Virus record (IMG/VR): IMGVR_UViG_3300044568_000638
Location: 1-62,808 of that record
Strand: one strand, 5' to 3'
Length of the DNA: 62,808 bases
DNA from: a virus
Lineage: Duplodnaviria > Caudoviricetes
In this document: in pieces, positions 1 through 9,793 of the stretch
Layout of the letters: each line of letters starts with the position of its first letter
Numbering within the stretch: the first letter of the stretch is position 1
Notes under the pieces: model-generated
Databases searched by the model: none
Told to the model about the DNA's origin: nothing
The model's input: only the letters and a program-made list of their open reading frames with translations
Program-made: the position numbers and the translations under genes

Positions 1-164
1 CTACTGGAGTTGGCGCGACAGGTTCTCAAGGTGCTACGGGTATTCAAGGATCAACAGGCATTCAAGGTTCTACAGGCATTGGCTCAACTGGAATACAAGG
101 AGCAACAGGACTTACAGGATCTGTTGGATCACAAGGAAGTACTGGTTCTACAGGCATTGGCTCA
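1..164. repeat. Terminal overlap, left copy (matches 62645-62808)
   Basis: 164 bp identical except position 27 (c) vs 62671 (a). Confidence 0.95.
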
Positions 165-2498
165 ACTGGAATACAAGGAGCAACAGGACTTACAGGATCT
201 GTTGGATCACAAGGAAGTACTGGTTCTACAGGCATTGGCTCAACTGGAGCAACAGGCGCAACTGGAGCTGGTTTAACTGGAGCTACGGGATTAACTGGAG
301 CTACTGGATCACCCGGCCCAGCGTCAACAATTGGAGCAACAGGTTCAACTGGAATTCAAGGTTTGACTGGTGCTACTGGATCAGGAGCAACAGGAGCTAC
401 TGGGGCCACAGGACTTGGATATGATGGTGTAACTTCAAATACATTTGCTGTTCCGGCATTAAATGTAACAATTGTATTAACAACAAATAAACAAGGAGCT
501 TTTGTTACAGGATCTAGGGTAAGAGCAGTAAATACAATTTCAAATTATTTTGAAGGAACTGTTACAATTACTGGATCAACGTCTTTTTCTATACTAACTG
601 ATTCTTATGTTGGTTCTACACCAGCAACGTCTTGGACTATTTCTATTGCTGGATTAAAAGGAGCTACTGGTATTCAAGGTAGTACAGGAGCAACAGGTTC
701 AACTGGAATTCAAGGTTTGACTGGTGCTACTGGATCAGGAGCAACAGGAGCTACTGGTATTCAAGGTTTAACTGGTGCTACAGGGGTTGGATCTACTGGA
801 GCTACTGGCATTCAAGGTTTAACTGGAACTCAAGGAGCAACAGGCATTCAAGGTTCTACTGGAATAGGAAGTCAGTGGCTAACAAATGGAACTTCCGTAT
901 ATTATAGTGCAGGAAACATTGGAATTGGAACATCAACTCCATCACAAAAACTTACAGTTGAAGGAAATATAACAACTGGAGCAAGTGGAATCATTCAAGC
1001 TGGAGGAGGATTAGTTTCATTAAGTGGAATTACAGCATATAACAACATTGTAACCTCTGGATCAATTGGTGCAACTGGAGCAATTACAGCAGGAGGTGGA
1101 ATTGCAGCAAGTGGCCCAATTACATCAGGAAATGATATATCTGGAATAAACATTGGAGCTTCTGGTTTTATTACAGCAGGAGGATACATTTCAGCAGTTG
1201 GTAATATAACTACATCAGGAGGTGCAATTGTAGCAAGTGGCCCAATTACATCAGGAAATAATATATCTGGAATAAACATTGGAGCTTCTGGTTTTATTTC
1301 AGCAGGAACTTATTTTAATTCTGTTTCTGATTCATCGTTTAATAGCGTTTTTGTTGGCAAGGGTGGTGGGAATATTTCTTCAAACACAGTACTTGGAAAT
1401 TCTTCGCTATCAACAAACACAACAGGTTTTCAAAATACAGCTATTGGATATGCAACAAATTTTGCAAATACAACTGGAACAAGTAATACAGCAATTGGTT
1501 ATGGATCAATGAATTCCAATACTACTGGATCAAGTAATGTTGCCATTGGAACTGGTACATTGCTTTTGAACCAAACGGGTGGATCAAATACAGCTATTGG
1601 AAGAGAATCACTATTAAACAATACAGTTGGCTCCAATAGTGCGCTTGGAGACCTTACTCTAAGACAAAATACAACAGGAGAAAGAAATTGTGCATTTGGC
1701 GCACAAGCGTTGTATAATAACACAACTGGACAAAAGAATATTGGGATTGGTGTTTCTTCCGGAAGACAAAATACAACAGGAAGTTCTAATGTTTATATTG
1801 GCGATTTTTCTGGATATTATAATCAAACAACATCAAATAACACATCAGTAGGGGATTCAGCACTTAACTCAAATACAACTGGATCAAATAATACTGCAAT
1901 TGGATATAGGGCTGCTTTTACAACTTCAAATGGGTCAAATAATACTTATGTTGGTTCTAATTCAGAAGCAAGTGCAAGTAACCAAGTACAACTTGGAGAT
2001 ACATCAACAACTGTATATGTAACAGGAACCGTTCAAACCCGTTCAGATATTCAAGACAAAACAGATATTAGAGACACGGAACTCGGACTTGATTTTATTA
2101 ACAAAATTCGTCCAGTTGATTATAAGTGGGATTATCGTGAGGATTATAAATCAGAACAACCAGACAGAAATAATTTTGAAACACAGGAATTATTTGATGA
2201 TGCAATTAAAAAATACATTGAAGACAATAAACTTTCAAACATCAAAAAAGATGGATCAAAGAAAAGGACTAGATACCATCATGGTGTAATTGCTCAAGAA
2301 GTTCAGCAAGTAATTCAAGAAACTGGAATTGATTTTGGTGGCTTCCAAGATCATTCAATAAAAGGATGGGAAACAATAATGTCTATTGGTTACGAAGAAT
2401 TCATTGCTCCAATGATTAAAGCTATTCAAGAATTGTCTGATAAAAACAAAAACCTAGAGTCTAAAATAGCTGCAATTGAATCAAACTTAAATCAGTAA
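1..2498 (+). CDS. Collagen-like tail fibre with adhesin repeats and C-terminal peptidase S74 chaperone (3' part; gene starts at 62311 across the junction, about 943 aa)
   Basis: Frame 3 open from position 3; GAT/GST triplets, NTAIG-type repeats, RSD..K cleavage motif, [18 protein letters not shown]. Confidence 0.88.
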   Translation, partial: TGVGATGSQGATGIQGSTGIQGSTGIGSTGIQGATGLTGSVGSQGSTGSTGIGSTGIQGATGLTGSVGSQGSTGSTGIGSTGATGATGAGLTGATGLTGATGSPGPASTIGATGSTGIQGLTGATGSGATGATGATGLGYDGVTSNTFAVPALNVTIVLTTNKQGAFVTGSRVRAVNTISNYFEGTVTITGSTSFSILTDSYVGSTPATSWTISIAGLKGATGIQGSTGATGSTGIQGLTGATGSGATGATGIQGLTGATGVGSTGATGIQGLTGTQGATGIQGSTGIGSQWLTNGTSVYYSAGNIGIGTSTPSQKLTVEGNITTGASGIIQAGGGLVSLSGITAYNNIVTSGSIGATGAITAGGGIAASGPITSGNDISGINIGASGFITAGGYISAVGNITTSGGAIVASGPITSGNNISGINIGASGFISAGTYFNSVSDSSFNSVFVGKGGGNISSNTVLGNSSLSTNTTGFQNTAIGYATNFANTTGTSNTAIGYGSMNSNTTGSSNVAIGTGTLLLNQTGGSNTAIGRESLLNNTVGSNSALGDLTLRQNTTGERNCAFGAQALYNNTTGQKNIGIGVSSGRQNTTGSSNVYIGDFSGYYNQTTSNNTSVGDSALNSNTTGSNNTAIGYRAAFTTSNGSNNTYVGSNSEASASNQVQLGDTSTTVYVTGTVQTRSDIQDKTDIRDTELGLDFINKIRPVDYKWDYREDYKSEQPDRNNFETQELFDDAIKKYIEDNKLSNIKKDGSKKRTRYHHGVIAQEVQQVIQETGIDFGGFQDHSIKGWETIMSIGYEEFIAPMIKAIQELSDKNKNLESKIAAIESNLNQ
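66..248 (+). repeat. 78-bp tandem repeat (about 2.3 copies) in collagen region
   Basis: ggttctacaggcattggctcaactgga starts at 66, 144, 222. Confidence 0.9.
333..757 (+). repeat. 71-bp direct repeat (333-403 and 687-757) flanking a globular insert
   Basis: Direct comparison of the two copies. Confidence 0.85.
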
Positions 2499-2505
2499 AT
2501 TAATT

Positions 2506-3138
2506 ATGTCTTGCCGATCAAATAACTCCTGTTCCGACACTCCATATCCACAAGCATCGAACGAAAGCGTTCCATCCCTAATAGAAAATCTAGTAACAGC
2601 ATTATATGGGAAAATAAGAAAAACAGTAATGCACGGGCGAGTTGTATGGAATATACCATGCGATCCAGCTAATTCATCGGAAGTTAAAAACTTCCCAAGA
2701 TACCAAGGTGAAGGATTGTTGTGTTATATTTTGCGTGTTTTTAATAATGCTCAAGATACATTTAGCACTTTTGAAAGATGGAAATATACTGGTAATGGAG
2801 TTAAAACAATATTTGAAATTACTGGAGCATCAAACCCAAACAATAACGCTTATTTAGTATATATTGATGGAGTTGTTCAAGATTCAGATGGATACCAAAT
2901 TCAAATATCATCTCCTTCTCTTATTTCATTTGACCAAGCAATTCCAAATGCAAGTGTATTAAATATTATTCAACTTTCATATTCAACTGCTGGAACATGG
3001 TATACTGGAAACGGATCTCCTGAAGGAACGATAGCTGCTCCGATTGGAAGTATTTATTCAAATACACTTGGTGGTTCAAATCAAACTTTTTGGGTAAAAG
3101 AAAGTGGATCTGGAAGTCTTGGATGGATAGCAAAATAA
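2506..3138 (+). CDS. Tail fibre adaptor / virion protein with Cys-rich N-terminus
   Basis: YTGNG..F / VYIDGVVQ module and C-terminal GSPEG..AAP.GS.Y motif typical of fibre and spike proteins. Confidence 0.6.
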   Translation: MSCRSNNSCSDTPYPQASNESVPSLIENLVTALYGKIRKTVMHGRVVWNIPCDPANSSEVKNFPRYQGEGLLCYILRVFNNAQDTFSTFERWKYTGNGVKTIFEITGASNPNNNAYLVYIDGVVQDSDGYQIQISSPSLISFDQAIPNASVLNIIQLSYSTAGTWYTGNGSPEGTIAAPIGSIYSNTLGGSNQTFWVKESGSGSLGWIAK

Positions 3139-3156
3139 CAAAACTTAATATTAAAT

Positions 3157-5028
3157 ATGTCATTAACAAAAGTAACACCAAATCTTATTCTTGGACTTGC
3201 TGCATCGGCAACAACAGACACAACAAATGCGTCAAATATTACAACAGGTACATTGCCTAACGCAAGAACTACGGCAACAAGCACAAATTCAGCAAATGCA
3301 ATTATCGCAAGAGATATTTCTGGTGATTTTAAAGCATCATCAATAAATCTAATTCCAATTTCTAGGGGAGGAAATAGCATTCTTACAAATACAGCAGTTG
3401 GATTATCTTCTTTAGCAACAAATATAACTGGTTCAGACAATGTTTCTGTTGGAGTTCAATCATTGTATTTAAACACAATTGGATCAACAAATATATCTGT
3501 TGGAAATGTTTCTTTATCTAAAAATACATCTGGAGGACAAAATGTAAGCATTGGACAGGGATCAATGTTTGCAAATACGCAAGGTTCTGCAAATGTTTCT
3601 GTTGGACTTGAAGCACTAAGCAATAACACAACAGGAAATCAAAATGTTGCTGTTGGTGCTCAAGCATTAGATAAAAATACAACAGCTTCACTTAATACTG
3701 CAATTGGAACACAAGCATTATATTCAACAACAATTGGGTCTAATAATGTTGGCATTGGTCGTACTTCAATGTATTCAAATACAACAGGAAATCAAAATGT
3801 TGCTGTTGGAAATAATTCACTTATTACAGGTGTAGCTTGCAATCAAAATGTATCTATTGGATATAATTCATTAGCTGGTTTACAAAGCGGTTTTGGTAAT
3901 ACTGCTGTTGGTTTTGAAGCAATGGGAAATGCTACAACTGCACAATTAAATATTGGAATTGGCACTCAATGCTTGGGTAATTCTTCTTCAACTGGAAACA
4001 CTATTATTGGTAATTTTTCAGCAAATGGTGCAACTACTGCTGCAAACAATGTTTCAGTTGGGTCAAATTCAAGTAAATTACTTTCAACAGGAAGTGAAAA
4101 TGTTTCGGTTGGTGTAGAAGCAATGTATGGCAACACAACAGGAGGTCGAAATGTTGCTATTGGAGCCATTGCTTTGAATAAAAATACAGCTTCAGCTAAT
4201 ACTGCAATTGGATATAGTTCTTCATACAACAATATAACAGGAACAAATAACGTATCTGTTGGATTTAGTTCGCTTAATTCTAATATAACGGAATCTGGAA
4301 ATACATCAATTGGAAATTATTCGTTGAATATATTTAATTCTGGCGAAAATAATACTGCAATTGGATATCTGGCTGGTAGTCTTTTGTATAATGCAACAAA
4401 TACAACGTGTTTAGGATATAATGCACAAGCAACCGCAAGCAACCAAGTAAGAATTGGAGACTCTAATGTAACAGCAGTTGTTTCTCAAGTCGGATCTTGG
4501 TCTGATGCAAGAGATAAATCTGATGTTAGAGATACAATTCTTGGCCTTGATTTCATTAAAAAAGTTAAACCAGTAGACTACAAGTGGGATTATAGAGAAG
4601 ATTATAGATCTGAATTTCCAGAAATTGAATTTCCAATTCAACCTTCAGAACCATCAAAAATTGGTGATTCAGATGAAGATGTCATTAAATATAACGAAGA
4701 ATATTCAAAATATCTTAAAGATTTAGAATTATATGTTTTAGAAAAACAAGAATACGATAAAAAATCAAATGAATGGAATGAATCTGTAAAATTAAAAAAC
4801 ATCGTCAAGGATGGAAGTAAAAAAAGAAACAGATACCATCATGGAGTTCTTGCTCAACAAATCCAAGAAATTATTCAAGAAACTGGAGTTGATTTTGGTG
4901 GATTTCAAGATCATTCAATGAAAGGATGGGAAGATTCAATGAGTATTGGGTATATTGAATTCATTGCTCCAATGATTAAAGCCATTCAAGAACTATCAGA
5001 AAAGATTGAAAAACTTGAAGAAAAATAA
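3157..5028 (+). CDS. Tail fibre with NxAVG adhesin repeats and S74 chaperone
   Basis: MSLTKV start, about 14-aa repeats, [26 protein letters not shown]. Confidence 0.85.
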   Translation: MSLTKVTPNLILGLAASATTDTTNASNITTGTLPNARTTATSTNSANAIIARDISGDFKASSINLIPISRGGNSILTNTAVGLSSLATNITGSDNVSVGVQSLYLNTIGSTNISVGNVSLSKNTSGGQNVSIGQGSMFANTQGSANVSVGLEALSNNTTGNQNVAVGAQALDKNTTASLNTAIGTQALYSTTIGSNNVGIGRTSMYSNTTGNQNVAVGNNSLITGVACNQNVSIGYNSLAGLQSGFGNTAVGFEAMGNATTAQLNIGIGTQCLGNSSSTGNTIIGNFSANGATTAANNVSVGSNSSKLLSTGSENVSVGVEAMYGNTTGGRNVAIGAIALNKNTASANTAIGYSSSYNNITGTNNVSVGFSSLNSNITESGNTSIGNYSLNIFNSGENNTAIGYLAGSLLYNATNTTCLGYNAQATASNQVRIGDSNVTAVVSQVGSWSDARDKSDVRDTILGLDFIKKVKPVDYKWDYREDYRSEFPEIEFPIQPSEPSKIGDSDEDVIKYNEEYSKYLKDLELYVLEKQEYDKKSNEWNESVKLKNIVKDGSKKRNRYHHGVLAQQIQEIIQETGVDFGGFQDHSMKGWEDSMSIGYIEFIAPMIKAIQELSEKIEKLEEK

Positions 5029-5029
5029 T

Positions 5030-5434
5030 ATGCCATACACTAAAGAAAAAGCTAAGATGCCAGAAGGGTTTCACGACCTTGGAGAAGAACTTAAATCCAT
5101 TTCTATTTCAATGGGGGATGATGAAGGAAATGATGAATCCCCTAGCATTCATTACCCATCGTTGTATTTTGAGAATGCTGAAGCATTGAGCAAACTTCCA
5201 AAAGAAGGAACTGCTACCATTTATTTTAAAAAAGCAATGGAAAAAAAAGAAACAGTGATGCGTGATGGAAAAGAAACAAAACGGCATTGCGTTGAGCTTT
5301 GTATTTGTGGAATTAAACCCAAAGGCGCAAGCAAAATGGAATCCACAGCAGAAAAAGAAGATCCAGAAGATGCTATTGAAATGGGACTAGCTGAAGCTGG
5401 CGAATCCGAATCCGAAGAATACGAGAAAGACTAA
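5030..5434 (+). CDS. Acidic virion protein with scaffold-like C-terminal motif (possible inner capsid/staple-like protein)
   Basis: ATG at 5030 right after upstream stop; DAIEMGLAEAG near C-terminus. Confidence 0.5.
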   Translation: MPYTKEKAKMPEGFHDLGEELKSISISMGDDEGNDESPSIHYPSLYFENAEALSKLPKEGTATIYFKKAMEKKETVMRDGKETKRHCVELCICGIKPKGASKMESTAEKEDPEDAIEMGLAEAGESESEEYEKD

Positions 5435-5436
5435 TT

Positions 5437-5766
5437 ATGGCCGATAAAACTATGCCTCCTACAGAAGCACCAACACCAACCACAGACGCTATTCCGGGGG
5501 AAATGGCAGCACCAATGCAAGAAATAGCTCCACAAGGAGGTCAAGTTATGGTTGAAATGCCATCTGATGCTTTTGATGCTATTTACGCACTTGTAACGCA
5601 ACTTGCTAGTGGTCTTGAATCACTCAAAGCTGATGTTAATGCACAGAAAGGTGCAGGAGGCCAAGAAATGGCTCCAGAAGCTTTAGAAGCTTCAATGTTA
5701 CCAGAAAGTTCAGGAACTGACGAAGAGTTTCTGAAATCTATTGCAGAACAAGGTTCAGTGCGATAG
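5437..5766 (+). CDS. Hypothetical acidic virion-associated protein
   Basis: Tightly packed ORF in structural operon. Confidence 0.6.
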   Translation: MADKTMPPTEAPTPTTDAIPGEMAAPMQEIAPQGGQVMVEMPSDAFDAIYALVTQLASGLESLKADVNAQKGAGGQEMAPEALEASMLPESSGTDEEFLKSIAEQGSVR

Positions 5767-5775
5767 TATCGCGCC

Positions 5776-8700
5776 ATGTTTGTATCCGAAATCTTCGATG
5801 AGTGCGCTGAAATTCTAGGAACTACCGATGTAACAAAGGTATTTCGGAAAATCACGCAAGCTGTTCAGACCCTTATGGAATCTGGACATTGGACTCACAC
5901 AACTGCTGAAGTTGATGTTTGCACTGGTTGGGATAAATGCACAATTACTTTACCTAGAGGAATTGATGTTCCTCTTGCTGTAAATATTGATGGATCACCA
6001 ACGTATTTCAGGAATCGTTTGTTCCAATACCATGTAAACAAAGGAGGGATGTATAATCCTGTATCTTGGGCATGGGATGATCGAGGATATGTTTCAACAA
6101 TAATGGATATTATTCGTCCATCTCAACTTATTGCAGTTGCAGAAAGTAACAATGATGTTGGAAAAATGATTCGTGTATTGGGAACGGATCAAAACAACAG
6201 GGATTTACGTTCTCAATTGCAAAATGGAACTGGCGTTGATGGGTTGTTAATACCAATACATTCTCAACAAGATTTTGCTACTGGAACAATAATTCCAGAT
6301 GATTCTCAAATCAGAACACGGGATGTATCAATTACTCCAATTACAAATTTTACAACAACAGCACCGCATGGATTATCATCTGGTCAAGAAATGGATGCTA
6401 GGCTCATTTCTGGCACTATTCCAGTCCCTCTTAATAATGGACAAACTTACTACATTGGAGTAATTGACGCATATACCGTTCAATTGTTTAGTGATTCACT
6501 TAATGCACAAGCATTGCAATATCCAATCGCATTGCAATCAATTCAAAATTTTGGCTCAATGCAGCTGGAAGATAAACGAACATCACAAGTTGAAACATCT
6601 TTAAAATTTGTTCCTCCATCTCCAATATTTTCAATTGATTCTCCAAATGAGATTGTGTTTCCAGTTCAGTCTCTTCCCGCTCCATTAGAAGCGCAAAAAA
6701 CATACTTTGCTCAACCGATTGATGCAGATCACATCCAGATTTTTCCATCTTTAGTTGATGCTACAAATAACACAAATCCAGTTTATCTGACTGGATCAAC
6801 AAGTGCTATTAGCGTTGATATTCGCAAGCCAATCATCCCAGAAACAAAACTTGTCTTTTCTGTCAAACATTATTTTAATGATGGCGACCAAGTTCAAGCA
6901 ACTACCAATGGAGGTTCTTTGCCTCAACCATTGCTTGTAAATCAAAACTATTTTGTAAATATCATTGATGATTTCTCAGTATCATTGCATTTAAATAGGA
7001 CAGATGCAATAAACTCTGATAATACAAACTTTATTAATCCAGTTCAAATAACAACATCTGGAAGTGGAATATTTTCTATTGTTAAATTAATTGCAGCAAC
7101 AGCAACAACTGGAACTCAATCACAAATAACAGCACCTACACTGTCCATTGGAACTCCATCGGGCGTTAATGCTTTATTTACTCCAGTTGTTGTTGGATCA
7201 GTTGTTGGTGTCAATGTAACTAATGCTGGAACAAATTATACAACAACACCAATAGTTACATTTGATCCGCCTCCGCAGCCTCCAGTTGGAAGTGGAAGTT
7301 TAATAGAAATAAAAACAGCTCAAGGATACGCTACTAGAAACTCAATAAATAACACAATTACAGGAATTGTTATTACTGATCCGGGAATGGGATATTCTTC
7401 AGCTCCCAATGTTTTTATTGCACCCCCAACAACAGCTCCATCTATTGCAATAAAAACACTTACAGCAAATCAAACTTTAGCTACTTGCATAACAACAAGT
7501 GCTCATGTATTTGAAACTGGAAACACCGTTGAAATTTCTGGAGCAACCCCACCAATTTATAATGGTTCTTTTTCTATAACAAAGACTGGATCTACATCAT
7601 TTACATATGCGTTGCCTTTATCCCTTGGTTCACCACTTCCAATAACAAACATCAAAAGTGGAACTATTACTGTTTCATCAATGACGCAAAATGAAGGAAG
7701 TCCAAATCAATATAGAGTAACAGTAAATGCAACCGCTCACGGATTTAACGTAGGAGATTATGTTTACATAAAAGGTGCTACTTCTAGCAATGGATTTACC
7801 ATTGATGGACGAGTTCAAATAATTTCAAGTGGATTTTCAGCAAATGTATTTAGGTATATTCCATCTACTTTAGATGATTATGGAACAATCACTGGAACAA
7901 TTAGAACATGGAAACCATTTGACCAAATAACTAATACAGAAACATCAAATACACTAGCAACAGCAGCGTGTGTAAATCATGGATTTAATATCAATCAAAG
8001 CGTATATGTTGATGGAGCTACAATACCGGGATTAAATGGACAAGTTAATGTTGAAGAGGTTGTGCCTAATGTTTCATTTAAATATCAAGTTGCTCCAGAT
8101 ATAGATTCTTATGTTGGAACTATTGCAACAGTATTTGGATCTCCAGCAACAGGAACCAATCTGCTTGCAAAAATACCAGCAAGCAGTGCTGCAACGGCAA
8201 CTTGCTCAATACAAACATCTTTTGTTTCTTATTACACACAATCAAATGGAGGTTCTGGTTATGTTGATGAACCAATCATTGAAATCAAACCTTTAATTGG
8301 TGGAACTGGGGCAACGGCAAGAGCAACAATTTCTGGAGGACAAGTTACTAAACTAACTCCAATAACTTCTGGATCAGGGTATTTAAATGGAGCAATAGTT
8401 ACAATAACTCCATCAACAAATGTTTTTGTAAACTTTTCATCAACTGGATCATTGCCAAACCCTCTTTTGTCTGGAACTGCTTATAGGGCTGAAACTCCAT
8501 TAAACCAAGGAACTGGAACATTTACTGTTAGAAATAGTGACTTCAGTGAGGTAAACATTACTTCCACTGGAAACGGAACTTTATATGTAGTTCTTTCTAG
8601 GACATTTAGTGTTGCATTTACAAATAACTGGCTTGGTGATTTTAAAAGCTTTTCAAATAGTCAACAGATTTATTTTGGAACAGATTATTTCCTTCCAATA

Positions 8701-9792
8701 ACAACGCCGTCTATTGACAACGGAATAACTCCTTTTTATTTAAAATTTATATCAAATACTGTAGCAGAAATATATGAAAATATTGGATTAACTACATTAA
8801 TTCAAATTACAGCATTTGGGACTGGTCAGACTTATTATGCACTTAGAACGCAAGTAACACCATCAGTTGAAACAAATTTAATTAAACCAACAAATTTATC
8901 ATTTTTTTCAGAAAATCAAGTTGTTCAATTTAGTTCTTCAAGCACATTGCCATCACCACTTTCTGTTTTAACTGATTACACAATAAAAATAATTGGAAAT
9001 GCAGTTGCGGTTTATTATAACTCAATAAGAGTAATATTGCTTGATTCTGGAATTGGTCAATTAAGTTTGAACGTAATTAGAAATGTAAATGTTCAAAAAT
9101 CAAATAGCATTATTGCAAATTCATCTCTTTATGAAACAGGAGCGCAAGTTGTTGTTAGACCAAAAGAAAATGATGTATTGCCAGTTGGATTAGATGAAAA
9201 TTCCGCTTATTATGTTCGTAGATTAAATAATGATTCCTTTGAACTTTATGATTCTATTGTAAATGCACAAGGAGATACAACGACTGGAATAAAAGAATTT
9301 GAAACATCTGGCAAATATGTTAATTCAACATTTTTTGTTGATGCAATATCTGATCCAATGTTTGTTAAAACGATTTCTCATATTGAAAAACCATTAACAG
9401 ATGGCTATGTTAGTTTGTATGCTTGGGATTATTTTAGGGAAACAAACATGACTCTTATTGGACAATACCATCCAACCGAGGTAAATCCTAAATATAGAAG
9501 GGTTCGTATTGGTAAAAAATGTGCATGGGCTAGGATTCTTTACAAAGTAACACCTCCAAAAGTTTCATCAATTTATGATTTCATCCCACTTGAGCAAGAA
9601 CGCGCAATTATTGCGGCAGTTCATGCTGTCGATTTGGAAGACAAAGATTTTGCAGATCAAGCTGTTCGTTACTGGGGAATTGCTTATCAATATCTTAGAA
9701 ACCAACAAGAATCCATTGATGGTCACGCAATGACTCCACCACAAATAAATAATATAACTTATGGTGATGGAACTGATTATGTAATGTGGTAA
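5776..9792 (+). CDS. Tail tubular A/adaptor-like protein with a very large repeat-domain insertion
   Basis: Position before nozzle gene; helical termini; internal HG(F/L)..G..V and P.PL...TYY repeats. Confidence 0.6.
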   Translation: MFVSEIFDECAEILGTTDVTKVFRKITQAVQTLMESGHWTHTTAEVDVCTGWDKCTITLPRGIDVPLAVNIDGSPTYFRNRLFQYHVNKGGMYNPVSWAWDDRGYVSTIMDIIRPSQLIAVAESNNDVGKMIRVLGTDQNNRDLRSQLQNGTGVDGLLIPIHSQQDFATGTIIPDDSQIRTRDVSITPITNFTTTAPHGLSSGQEMDARLISGTIPVPLNNGQTYYIGVIDAYTVQLFSDSLNAQALQYPIALQSIQNFGSMQLEDKRTSQVETSLKFVPPSPIFSIDSPNEIVFPVQSLPAPLEAQKTYFAQPIDADHIQIFPSLVDATNNTNPVYLTGSTSAISVDIRKPIIPETKLVFSVKHYFNDGDQVQATTNGGSLPQPLLVNQNYFVNIIDDFSVSLHLNRTDAINSDNTNFINPVQITTSGSGIFSIVKLIAATATTGTQSQITAPTLSIGTPSGVNALFTPVVVGSVVGVNVTNAGTNYTTTPIVTFDPPPQPPVGSGSLIEIKTAQGYATRNSINNTITGIVITDPGMGYSSAPNVFIAPPTTAPSIAIKTLTANQTLATCITTSAHVFETGNTVEISGATPPIYNGSFSITKTGSTSFTYALPLSLGSPLPITNIKSGTITVSSMTQNEGSPNQYRVTVNATAHGFNVGDYVYIKGATSSNGFTIDGRVQIISSGFSANVFRYIPSTLDDYGTITGTIRTWKPFDQITNTETSNTLATAACVNHGFNINQSVYVDGATIPGLNGQVNVEEVVPNVSFKYQVAPDIDSYVGTIATVFGSPATGTNLLAKIPASSAATATCSIQTSFVSYYTQSNGGSGYVDEPIIEIKPLIGGTGATARATISGGQVTKLTPITSGSGYLNGAIVTITPSTNVFVNFSSTGSLPNPLLSGTAYRAETPLNQGTGTFTVRNSDFSEVNITSTGNGTLYVVLSRTFSVAFTNNWLGDFKSFSNSQQIYFGTDYFLPITTPSIDNGITPFYLKFISNTVAEIYENIGLTTLIQITAFGTGQTYYALRTQVTPSVETNLIKPTNLSFFSENQVVQFSSSSTLPSPLSVLTDYTIKIIGNAVAVYYNSIRVILLDSGIGQLSLNVIRNVNVQKSNSIIANSSLYETGAQVVVRPKENDVLPVGLDENSAYYVRRLNNDSFELYDSIVNAQGDTTTGIKEFETSGKYVNSTFFVDAISDPMFVKTISHIEKPLTDGYVSLYAWDYFRETNMTLIGQYHPTEVNPKYRRVRIGKKCAWARILYKVTPPKVSSIYDFIPLEQERAIIAAVHAVDLEDKDFADQAVRYWGIAYQYLRNQQESIDGHAMTPPQINNITYGDGTDYVMW

Positions 9793-9793
9793 C

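Noticed and set aside
66-248. CRISPR-like array
   Set aside because: In-frame coding tandem repeats without spacers; the Cas4-like nuclease is paired with ERF
10-276. Repetitive 88-aa ORF and similar alternate-frame ORFs in collagen genes
   Set aside because: Off-frame translations of G-X-Y repeats
2040-5028. Diversity-generating retroelement
   Set aside because: No reverse transcriptase; both repeats are coding and differences are not adenine-specific
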